A stretch of DNA of 63,952 bases, counting the filler, from Thraustochytrium aureum (lineage: Eukaryota), in assembly GCA_012862495.1 (NCBI GenBank). It is 6 parts of 4 records of this genome, joined end to end, with 100 filler letters (N's around TTAATTAATTAA, not from the genome) between each part and the next. Parts side by side here need not be neighbours in the genome. Positions count along the whole stretch, not along the records: positions 43,423 to 61,189 come from BLSG01000402.1; 5 more parts are not named here. One strand, written 5' to 3'. Positions 45,510-57,500 of this stretch are shown here, one piece after another. A program made the translations under genes and the position numbers. Below the pieces are notes generated by a model. It was not told where the DNA came from and made no database searches. It was given only the letters and a program-made list of their open reading frames with translations. Numbering within the stretch: position 1 is the stretch's first letter; the number at the start of each line of letters is the position of its first letter.

Positions 45510-48500
45510 ATGGGAGCTCTGCGGCTAAAGCTCGCGGCCGGGCAACGCCTTGATGGGGTTGCGGTGTGGCCTGCGGCGCGAGGACGGGCCGAGGCCGACG
45601 GGGCAGTCCCGCTCCCGGCGCTGATGAACGAACTCGTTGCTGTTTCCAGCGCCTACACCGATGATAGCGTACTGCCGGACCAGTCCGAGGTTGTGGTCCT
45701 CGACGCCCCATTAGACACAGGTGCGCAGCGGGACGGGAGTGACTCGGAGCGCGCAGCTCGCGTGCTCTGTTCAAAAAGCATTCCGGGACAAGGACCGCTC
45801 AAGGTCTGTACTGCAGGATCCGGTCTCGTTTTTGCAAAGGGCACGCTCGTCCAGCGCATCGTGCGCCATGAGGGCGATGGGGCGGTTCACCTGTCGTCAC
45901 TTTTCGAGAATGGTCCAGCCGTCGACTCCGCCGCCGATGCGAGCCTCACATCTCGAGCTCGGGGGGTCGGCTTCGCGGTCTCAGCGCACGATGCAAAAGC
46001 TCTTCTGAGCATCCTCGATACTGCAGAGAAGTTCGAGCTGCTGGCTCGCGCCGCAGAGACCGACAGGCTGTCGTGCTCAACAAGCGAAGACGGACGGAAG
46101 CAGAGCGTGGGCGCGTCTGACGCTTCTGCCTCCGTCTCTGTGCAGGGGGGCGTTCGCGAACTAGAGGCGCACGTTGACGCTGTTGGGCTTCTCCGCACTC
46201 CGGATGTGCGTGCGGGTGCCGAGCTCGACATCGCAAACGGGATTCCTGACGACGAGCCCGCCCTCCCTGCTGAAGGTGCACTGGCTCTTGTCGACGCGCG
46301 GACGGCCTCTTCTCAACTAGCCACTCCGAAAGATGAAGCACGCGAATCCGTCAGGGCCACAGGGGTCGCAAGCCTGCGCCAACAGCTCACCGCCAACGTC
46401 GCGAGCAGGGCAAGCCTCGGCGGCAAAGTTGCGTCGTACGCATCGTTGACACTGCGGCTTCCTGAGACAAACTTTGAGCCTCTTGTGTTTGCGCTCTGGG
46501 CTGCGGCGCAGTCCGTTGCTGGTCGGCGCGCCGTCGCTCGGCTGCTCGAGGCGTACCGTTGCGCACGCCAGGCCAGCGAGCGCCCATCAGCGCTGCCACA
46601 AGGTCAAAGGCAAAAGCCCCGGGGCAAGTCGCTCAGCTGGACAGAGCTCGGCTTGCTCTCAGAGGCGACTCGCATGCAGCTGATTGCGGCCCATCCGGAC
46701 GGCTCACTTCTCAGTGCCCACGCTCGAGAGTTACTTGCTCGGAATGGTTTAGTATTGGCGCCGGGCCATCGAAGACTGCCGCGGGCAAGGTGTGTTGGGT
46801 GCCGGGCAACCGTCGCGATTGACGCTGGGTGGGCGGCGAGCGCCAATCGGGCAATGGCGGCATCCTCCTGCTTTCTAGCCGCCCGCCGCGAGCAGTGCAG
46901 GGCGAGGCGCTGCGCCTGGGTCGACCCAGCCCCGTCGCGAGCTTTGCCAAACGTTGGGCTCGCCGTGTCCCAGAACGCGCTCCCGGCAGTTCGCGTCAGC
47001 TTCGTAGACCCCATTGTCCACCTGAACAGCCACACTGCTTTGGGCTTCCCGTCTCTCGTGCTTGTGGCGTCGGCGAGGGGCCAAGCGGCAGTGTTGGCTG
47101 CTGAACTGGCGCTCGCACCGCTGTGCCAGTTCTCCTTCTTTGGATTCGGCGGCATGCAAGAGCCAAGGTCGGAGCACGCTCGCCTGTTCGGAGCGCACCT
47201 TGTGCCGGATGCGAAAAACAGCGAGGAGCCGCAGCTGTATCAGACCCGGTGGCGGCCCCGCGAGCCGCAAGGCCTCTGGGCGCCCACGTTCAGCGCATCG
47301 CAATCTTCACCGCAAGTTGGCAGCCCACTGTTGCCTCCGGGCCACTTCGAGGCGATCAAAAACCATATCGAGGACAGTCCGAGCCTTGAGCTGGCGGCGA
47401 TGTCGTCCAACGCGACCGCTGCGTCCGTGCTCGGCGTGGTGGCCGTTGGCATTGTCGGCGAAAGTGGCGTGCTCACCCTCGTCGTCGCGCGCTTCCGCCC
47501 CGTTCGAAAGCGAGGCAGTGCGATGAGCGTCGCAGTTGAAAGCGTGACGGTAGAGGCAACGCTCGCCGCAAGCGCTTGGTCGGACGTGGTCTCTACAGCG
47601 GCAAATGCCTCGTTTGTGGTTGGACTCGTCAGCTCGGGCCGGTCCTCGTCGACCGGTGGCGCCTCGCTTGTCGTTTTCCCCCTCAAGAGCGGCCAAGACC
47701 CTAGCATGGTGGAAGTTGGTCAGGCGTGCGCAGACAACTTGTTGCTGGGCCCGTCAAAGGTTGTCATGTTACCAACTGCGGACATCGCACTGGTGCTGTG
47801 CAACAACGGCGGCGTCTTGGCTGTCCACCTGCAGGAGTTTTGGATGGAGCCAGCCATGCCCTACGGCGAAACGTTTACATGTGGGCCTTCGTCGCACGAG
47901 CAGGCTGCGGTCAGCGTCGTGGATGTCTGTTTCCCAGCGGCGTCGCAAGCTCTTGCGACTTTTAGCGATGGTCGTGTCCTGTCTCTGGACCTCGAGTCTG
48001 CGCTCGCTCGCTTCAGCGCCATATCCAGCGGCGGCCAGAGCGACGCCGGCAAGTTCGCAGAAACGAGCCTAGCTGGTGTTCTGAGAACCGCATCAAGGTT
48101 GTTCAGGCGCCGGCCGCTTCAAGACCGCGTGCAGATTTTTTGCCCTGAGATCGGAATCACCTCGTCGAGTTCGGCACAGGCGAGCTCGCCCCCAGGCTGC
48201 GTAGTCGTCGAGCGGTTTGCAAGTGGCGAGTCCGTAGAGATTGAGCTGGCCATGACCTCGCCCGTTTCGCTGAGCAAAGTCAACCTTACCGCAAGGCCTT
48301 GGAATGACGGTGCTCCTGTACCGTGCGAGGTCTCCGAAAGCCAAGCGCTCCGCCTCGAGGCGACGCTTTTCGTATTTGGCCGCGACGCGGCTTCGGGGAC
48401 AACCGTCGAGCTTGGCGAGCTGACGGTGGCCAAGCCCGCTCGACCCGGCACCTTCTCGCCCAGCCCGCCGCCGCCTCTGGACGAAAAAACGAAAACGGTC

Positions 48501-51500
48501 AAGGTTGCGCTGTTTCCTGTGCCGCCAGAGCCGCGGGTCTCCACGGGTTCTGGGTCGTTTGGAAGCGATGATGACTTGCTCGATAACGAGCCTGTGGCTC
48601 GCGCGAGCTCCAGAGCGTTCGCAGACAGCGCGAGCCTTCGCGTTGGGTTTTGTCCAACCTGGTCTTCTCGCGCAGTGCTCCGCCTCACGCCCGCCGCAAG
48701 AACGCAATACTCTGGCCAGACCATGATTCAGATAGCGCTATTCGGCGAGCCTCTGTCTGGTTCGCTGGGCAGATCTCTGGCAGTGCTGAATCTCGCGCTA
48801 ACCCCCACGCTGTACGATGTTGCCTGCGAAATATGTACGATGCCACTGAGCGCAGAGCCGAGCGCAAACGGCAACGGCGGCGTTGACGCGTGTCAGCCCC
48901 GACCCGACCTAGCCGCACTCGTTCGGGACTCCGCGCCAAGCGAAGCCGCAAGTCTCGACTCGCGCCTAGCAGCAATTCAGTTCCTCGCCGCCAGCGTCTG
49001 GGCCGACCAAGGTGGTGATGACGATACAGAGACAACGGCGCGTGTGCTCGAGCGGCTACGAGGCAAGGCGCTCACCGAGTTTCTTCAGAACAGTCTGCTC
49101 GTCTCGAGTAGGAGGGTCTCGTCTGCAGCATTCAGCCTCCTCCATCGAATCTCTAGCTCCGGCAGCTCGAGCGAGCACCGGCGATACAAGGCAGAGCTGT
49201 TTCTTGCTCTCCGCACATGCATGGAGCACGTTGCGGGCACGAGAAGCGCTGGACCTTGCGTTGATGCTCGCGTTCGTGCTGCCTTGAAGCGAAATCCCGC
49301 CTGTTTGCGCGAGTTCTTCGAGCTGCTCAGCCCTTTCGCCACGCCGTTCCGCAAGCTGCTCAAGGATGGCCCTGAGCGCCTCTCGCGCTTCGTGACACCG
49401 TTGCTCCGGATGGGAGCCCTACTTAACGAGCAAGGGACGGACCTCAACGAATGCAGCGCTGCGCTCCGCGTCCACTTTGACAAGTACTGCCTGGTTCTCG
49501 AGCCATCAGTGTTTGAAATTTACGCGCTATTCGCCCCGGTGGGCCGACAAGAGCCTTCAGACCGCTCCGGAGAAAAGCCTAGGTCTCTGCCGATTGAGTC
49601 TGTCTGTGATGACACAGACGCAGAGATTTGCGCCTGTCCAGCTCGAGTCGCTCGACCCGGCCAGGGCGGCATAGTTGCTGACTTTGCGGATAGTTCAGGT
49701 GTTCGCCTCGTCTCTGGAGCTCGTGTAATCGTAAAAGCCGCTCAGCTCGCCGACGCCATACGCATCAAGGCTCAAGAAGCATCGGACACGGCCCTTCGCT
49801 TGGCGCGACTCGGCGGTGCCGCGTCCGCAAGGCCGAGCAGCGCAGAGCTCGCATATGCGTACGCTTCCGCGTCGCGAAAAGCCGACCTTACAAAAGTAGA
49901 GTCGAGCGCCCCATTTAGCAGCAGCAACAGCGCGGACTCGAAGCAGAGCGACCTGTGGCGCAACAAGGTGAACTTTGGCGACGGCGCGCGCGCGCGGCCC
50001 AAGACCTTTACCGCCATCAACCTTGAAGAGCAGCGACGGCACGATTTGTGCACCACGGCCGCCATTCAATCCAATCAAGCTGTTTTCGCGTCGGGCCAGC
50101 CTAGCGTCGCAACCGTCACCTGGCCCAAAAAGGCGCGAGGGCGTGGTAAACCGTTATTGCTGCGCTAGTAGATCTGGGCTCTGTTCGCTCACCAAAGGCC
50201 ATTTTGCTCAACGTTTGCGTCAAGACGATGTGGGCCACTCGAACCCTGGCAGCGTCGGGTGGCCCGCTTGGATTTCAAGCGTGGGGGTTCAACGACGCAG
50301 GCGAAGCGCAAGCCTTCATGGACACACTCGAGGCGGGTGCGCACGGGAAAACAGCCCCGCGTTTGCTCCACAACCGCCGCGCGGCTGGCTCAAGTTTTGT
50401 CGTCTCTGGGCCGCTACTTGCGGGCGGGTTTGAGTGTGTTGGAGCGGACGCGGCCTTGGACTCCAATTTGCGCGTTGCAATGGGTCACAGTATCGCGCCA
50501 TCCCCACAGCCAAGTTCTGAGGTGTTTTCGCCTTGTTGGCCTTGTCGCGAAACAGAGGGCTTCACAGAGGGCTTCTCACCATGCCGCTCATGCAATGGAG
50601 GAGATTTGCTGGACGGGCCAGAGGCGCCACCAGGCAAGTCTCGCGCGGGCGGGACATCGATGATGCATGGATGGGTGAACTTTCACAAAACCGATTCCGA
50701 CCGCCCCGAGTCTGAAGCGACAAAAGGGCAACCCCGACTTCCTGTAACAGCGCGATACGTCCTCGTCCAACTCTGGCTCGCGCGCCCTTCTGACTTCACC
50801 GGCTCTCTTTCCTGCGTCTGCTGGGCGACCGCAGAGCCATCCCCAGAGCACGCTCGTTCTTGCGCAAGCGAAAGGGAAACGGCCTCCGCTGCCGCCCGGG
50901 TGGCCAGAGTCGAGACCTTGCGAACGATTCGCGTCGCGTATGATTTCGTCTCGTCACTTCTCCAAAATGTTCTGGTTGACCGTGCCCCGCACTGGGACCG
51001 CGGGGCTCCAAAGACCGCCGATGAGGTTGCTGTGGTGCAGCTGCTTTATTCCGAGTGTGCTGCCCTCAAGCCCGCTTTTGCACTACTTGCCAATGGGGCG
51101 TCCCCATCGCTTTGCCGTGGCAAGGAGGGCGGGAATCGACTCGACGCCTTCGAGATCGGCCGAATCAAGCTCGCGGCAAAGATGCTTGTGCGTTTCGTAA
51201 CGAAAGTTGTAGCTCCAAGCACGTCAGATGTTGGCTCACAACGGAGCGGCCTGAAACTACCTTATTTGCAGGCTGTGGAGCTTTTCGCGCGGTTTTGCGT
51301 TTTCGCAACCTCCCGGTCACTGCGAAAGGCAACGTTCAAGCTCGTGCGAGAATTCGTTGAGGATGAGCCCACATTTCTCTCAGATGTGGTTGTTGCGTTC
51401 GTTTTCAGATGTGACCAACCCAAGCCGACGCCAGGTGGGATGGTCAGCGAGCCAGCTGCGCGCGGTGCCAGCGCCTCGGTCGCGGACCGGGCGGAGAGCC

Positions 51501-54500
51501 TCGGCAGTTTCGGGGCCTCAGACTTATTTGAGGGGCTCGGGCTCGCAGTCGAACGCGGTAGGCTTCGCGCAGCGAATGATGAAGGAGCGCCGTCTGCAAG
51601 CGAAACCAATCTTGGACGAGCGACGTCGGCAAGCCGGATCATCCAGCCGTTCCTCTGCGATGTGCTCAAGGAAGCCGCAAAGGCAAGTTCTCACCCACTG
51701 ATGCTGCTTGTCTGCTTGGAATCTCTTCTGGAGGAGAATCTCGCAGCATGTACCTCAGCGCGGGGAACCAGGCGCTCCTTGGAGGAGGCCGCAGCTCGCG
51801 TTAGCGAGATTTCGTCTTTGTTCAGGCAGGCTGCAACATGTGCTTTGGATCGGGGCATGCTAGCGACGTCTGCGGAGACGTGCGACGATGCGGTAGAAAT
51901 TGGTGCTCTTCGCCTGGTCAGCGCGGTCGACCCATCTGACATGACGGTGGACGACGCAGTCTTGGTTGCGTCTTGCCTCAGCAACCTTTGCGCCCTTGGT
52001 AACCTTGATCGTGTCAAGGGCGTTGGCGCCTTTCTTGAGACTGCCGAGAATACAGTCAGGCGGCACGTGGCCCAGCTGAGTTCGCACGCCAACGCTGGGC
52101 ATGCTCACCAGTTTGAGCACGGGCTAAACTCTGCACGCACTTCATTGCAACGAATCCTGAACGTACGAGCGATCATGTCGCAACCGCGCCGGACTTTGAG
52201 CAACCCCCAACGCGTCGTCGCCGCCTTACCGATCGTCGTACGGTCCTTGCTCCGAGTTCTTTCTCTTCACCCGCTGGGGACCCGATTTGCGAGTCGTGCA
52301 AGTCTCAACCTCGTGCGGACGCTTAGTGATGTGATCTCAGCGATTGGGCCTGACGAAGGCCTAGCCGGCCTACTTGAAGGTGCGAGTGCGGCGAGGCTGA
52401 GCGAGGCTCTTGCGTCGCTCTCTTGCGACGGTGTTGTGCTACAAGGTGAGGTCTGCGCGGTTGTAAACTTGATGCTGAGCAAGTTCAAGGACCTTCAGGG
52501 CCCAACCCCTTCAAGCCTCGGCGATGTCGCGGCTCGGGCCCGAGAAGGCCCATCCGACTTGGACGGGGCCAACGATGCCGCTGCAACAATTGGTGCCAGC
52601 GCGAGTACTTGTGGCGAAGATTTGTTTGCGACGCTTTGTGATGATCTGCTCGCTGCGTTTGCCTCGCGCCTTGTTCTCACAAACATGAGCGGCGTGATTA
52701 CGCGGCTCAAGGTGCTGTTGTCGTGCATGGGGGTTTCTCGATCGCGAGTAGCTGCCTCTGCAGCGCTGGACCAAGTGCTGGACTTGTTTGATTCTGTTCG
52801 CTTGAGTGAGTACGAGGGCGGGGACGAGCAGGGGGACGCCACGCACGTTTGGTGTCTTTGCGCCAGGGCGTTTTGCATGGCAAGAGTCTCCAACCCGTCG
52901 TGGTGGTCAGCCGAGGCGGTTTCTCGAGTCGTTGGGGGCCTGGCGCGGACGGTTCAAGCGGGACTCGAAGAGCCGCACCTCGTTATCTGCACGGATCTGG
53001 GCGACCTTCTCACGGCGCTCTTGGCGCTCCCCGTGAGCCCAGCTGCAAAGCAGAGCGTCATTCGCGACATGGTCAAGGGCGTCTCGGTGGCCCTCCACCA
53101 CGCCACGTGGTTGCCGCAGGACAAGCAACTCGTCATAGCGAAAGTCGCAAGCGCGATTCTCGCTCCGCTTCGTGTGCACGCGCTCTCGAAGCAGTTTTCA
53201 ACGAACGAGGCCCGAGTTGCTCCCAACGACAGCTTTGGCGCGTCCAGCTATGGACCCATTCGGGACTTCGTCTCCAGGGCGGCGGCTTTTGTGCGCTGGT
53301 CCTGCCGTGATTGCAGTGAAGCAAATCTACGAGCCGGCTCTTTCGCGCCGGCAGTCGGTTCTGGCGCTTCAAGTCGCAGTCTTTCTGCGGCGGCCCCAAT
53401 CGTGCGGGCAGAGTCGAGCTCGCCGCTTTTCAGTACCCCACCCCCTCCAGGCGCCTGCTCGCAAGACGAGGGTGCAAGCCCAACGTGGTCCCCTGCTGTT
53501 CCTCCTGATTTGGCAGCGAGCTCAGGGTTCGAGGAGGCTCGATCCACCTCGTCAACCACAGAGGCTGGTCGTGGTGGCCACGACAAGGTGCCGCTCAGCG
53601 CGGAAGCGTTTGCATTCAACAAACTGTCTCTGGAGGTGATGCACTTTGCCGCCTTGCTCGTGCACCTAGTTCCAGCCGAGGACAGAGCAATGCTGTGCGA
53701 GGGCCCAGGGTCAGCTTTACCCATGGACCTTCTTTCTGTGCTGTCGCAAGTGTGGACGGATGCACAAGGCCAGCCCGGCGGCTCGTACTGGAGGGCAGTC
53801 GCAGCGGCCGCTGAAGCTGAGGCTGTTTGGCTCGGTTCTGGGGAGGACCGTACCGAAAAGCTAATTGAGGGCCAATTGCGCTGTCTCGAGGCTTCAGCCG
53901 CAGGGATGTTTTGGTGCGTGGAGGAAGTTTTGGGGCTGCTCTGCGAGTGCCCCTCGACAGCAACGCAGATAGTGTCTGTCTCACTGGGCCTCTGTAAAGG
54001 CGCCCACGCGACTTTGCCGCGGCTTTGGACACAGCCGATTCTCCATTTCTTGGGCCTCCTCATGTCACGTGACAGGCCTGAGATGGTGAAAGTCTTTGAG
54101 GCGTGTGGCGCCATTGAGGTGTTGACGGACAGCGCTTGTGCCGCACCGTCTCCTGGCCGAGACGCACACTCTCCAATGCTGAATCAGGCTTTCCAGCGGC
54201 TGGTGGGAAGCGACAGATTAAGCGCCCGCCGAACAGGTGAGACTGATCCCGCTCGAGACGAAGCCGAACAACTCGAGGTCGAGGTGCCGCAGGGCGCGTC
54301 GGGCGAAAACGGCCCCTCCCACCCAAGGAGCGACGCAAGATTGCTGCCGCATTCCACCAAAGCAGGAGCAGATGCGATCCGCGAGCTTTGCGAAGGTCCG
54401 GTCTCTGGCATTCGCGCCGCAAGCGCGAAAGACTATCCTTCTTTCGGGCAGCAGCTGAACGCGCTGCAGCGCTACGTTCTTGACTGGCTCTTGCGCAAGC

Positions 54501-57500
54501 CGCGGCGGTCCACAAGCCGCCGTCTCCGTCCAAGGAATGTATGACTGTGGTGTTCCCTCGTCGCTCCATAGCGCAGGCGGACCAGGATCCGGGCGGGGAC
54601 ACCTTTTCCTTTGAGCTTGCCCTCCCGAGGCCCATGCTGCTCTGCACTGTGGAGTTCGACCTCTCCGAGAGCTACTTTCTGAAGAGGGGCACGCCGTGCC
54701 TGCCTGAAAAGACAATCATCGAAGCGGGCATGTCACCGTTCGACTTGGTTCAAGTCGGCAGCTCGACGTGCGACATCGACAGTGACGATGCAGCGACTGT
54801 GCTGAAATCTGCTTTGCAGAGCGAGAAGAACGGCGGACGCGTGGCTCGTCGAGGAGTAACCACAGTGACAATCCAAATCAACCTCCTCGGCGGCGTGGCG
54901 GCGACGCAGCGACAGGGGGTCGCAAAGAGAGCTACAATGGCTCGCTTCCTGCGAGTCACCTTCCACCGGCCGCGGGTCCACCAAGTGTTAGCAGCACAGA
55001 AGCGCCGCGCAGAAGCTGGGGGTTCGGACGCGATGGGCGAGCAGGAAAGGCTCGAAGGGGCTGACGTCACGGATCCGTACCCCGGCGAATGTCTCGTGAC
55101 GCTCTCTCGCCTGGATATCTACGCTCTTGGGNNNNNNNNNNNNNNNNNNNNNNNNNNNNNNNNNNNNNNNNNNNNNNNNNNNNNNNNNNNNNNNNNNNNN
55201 NNNNNNNNNNNNNNNNNNNNNNNNNNNNTACGCTCTTGGGCTCGACGTCGTTGACGTGGAGCTCGCGGAAGAAGTGGGCAAAGCCTGCCTATCGCCGCCT
55301 TTGGTGGAGCCACCGGCAGTCGCGGCCGTCGCTCGCATGTGCTGTGTTGCAAGATTTCTGGAGTTTCGCAGGACCCCACTGGCGCATGCCCGATCCTGTG
55401 GCTGAGCGACTGGCCGCACTGCTCCCACGCGAACTGTCTGGAGCTTCCGCCTTGCAGGGCTTGCGCCCTTATGCATTGTGCATCGTCGCTCACCTTGCGC
55501 GCTCCAGCCCGCGTCACGTCGCTGGGATGATTCGCGCTCTTGTTCGCTCCATCACCAACCTTTCTGCAGAGCTTGAGCACCTGATGGAGGGCCTGAGCGT
55601 CGGCTCTGCCGCGGAGGTCATGGCTGGCGATGGTTGGAGGGGTGCAGGCTCTGGACTGGCGGAGAGTGCGGCATCCAAGACTGTTGCTTCGCTCCGCGAG
55701 TTGCGGGACTTGAGCCACATAGCTGATGGTGTGGTGGCTGCAGTTTCCGAAGCGCTCGGTTCGCTCGTGGCAAGCGGGGAGCCCGACTCTATCGCTTTTG
55801 CAACACGAATCGTTGGTGAGCTTGTCGGGGTTGCTGTCGCACAAATCTTCGATGTGTTGGCCGGGCTCGATGTCTCTGCGCTTGACGTGGTGCGCGATGT
55901 GCAACTCCCTGAGGCGCTACTCTGGACACGGCTCTTGGATGCGGCGACGCGCACGCTTTACTTGGCCCCGCCGACGGCACCGTGCACCCAAGTATCTGCA
56001 GAGACTGTGGTTACGCTCGTCCAACTCTGCGGGGCGCGGAGCGCATCAAAAGCAGTCTGCATGCGGTCATCCGTGGTGGGGGCCGAGGAGATCGCAGTAA
56101 GAGACATTAGCGTGTCTGGCTTGCTGGCAGAAGTTCGCGAGGCCGCGCTGCGAGCCGCCTGCGCTATTGTCGGGCGCCAACCGGCCTTGCTGGATACCTT
56201 GGCGGACGAGCACTTTGCCAAGCCGCTGGCGGACCTCTTGACGATATCCGAGCCTGGCGATGTGGCGGGTTTGGCGGTGTGCGGTTCCTGGGCAGCAAAC
56301 AGCGTTTGCGAGTGCTTGGGCTGCCGCGCCGGGCCGGGGTGGATGGGTCGCCCAGCACGCGTCCTGGGGGTGCTCGGCCCAGCAGCAGGTGAGTTGGCGG
56401 CAGGGACAACTGCTCGGTGGGCCAAGTCGGCCGTAGATGCGCTTGTCGGTGCGTCGAGCCAGACGGAGGACCTTGTTTGTTTTCTTTGCGACTTGACCGC
56501 GGCGCAATACCTCGGAGCAGCTTTTTTCGAGGCAAGCGTGGGCCAAGTTGTGGACGCTGCACTGGCGTGGAGCCGTCGGCAAAACGGCGAAACGGCCGCG
56601 GAGGGTCGACGTATCCTCGAGGGATGCAGGGCATGGGCGAACCTGCTCGGTTCCATCGCGGCGGCGTGGCCTGAAACCTGCGGGCATCTAGTCGGGTCTC
56701 AACTCGCGGTTGGAGTTGAGCAGAGTAGAGGTTCTGCAGGCGCCAAGTGGAGCGACGCATTGTACGAAGCGGTGTTGTCCAGGCCCGACGAGCGGCTCGT
56801 CTGCCTTGAGCCGTGGCGCCCCAGCGGACCTACTTGTGCGAATTGGCTAAGCTCCGCCTGGGGCGGCGAGACGCTCATCGCCCAACTCGCGGGTCGCCTT
56901 GCTCCGATGGCACGGCCCCAGTTTTCTCCCCACCAGCTGTGGAAGCGGGTAGGGGCACTCAGGAGCCCGATCCAGCTGATCGAACGATTCGCCCGCGAAG
57001 GTTTCGAGACGACGGATTTCCACGTTGCGCGGCTCAACGAAGCCTGGTGCGCTCCGAACGGCTCGCAGGACAGCATGTTTCGGTTCGACCGCGACTTTTG
57101 CAGCCCAGATGTTGTTCTTGGAGACAAGGACCAAACCGCCTTTTTTGACGGAGCGGCGACCATTCACGATTTCGATGCTCCCTCGAGGGCGACAGCGCTC
57201 GGAGCTGTGAGCTTTGTCGGCAGCGGAAAGTATTCCTGGGAAGTGGTGGCCCAGCAAATGTTGGATTCTCCAATGTGCGTTGGCATAGTGCGTGAAGATG
57301 CAGGATTCGACGCGTGGGTGGGCAGCTCGCCCGACTCCTGGGGCTACTTTAGCGGCGGAGACCGTTGCCACGACGACAATTTCGCTGTGTACGGGGACAA
57401 GTTTCGAGACGGCTCTGTCATCGGTGTCTTGCTTGACATTGACCGTGGAGAGCTCTCCTTTTCACTCGATGGCCAACCGCAGGGGATAGCATTTTGTGCA

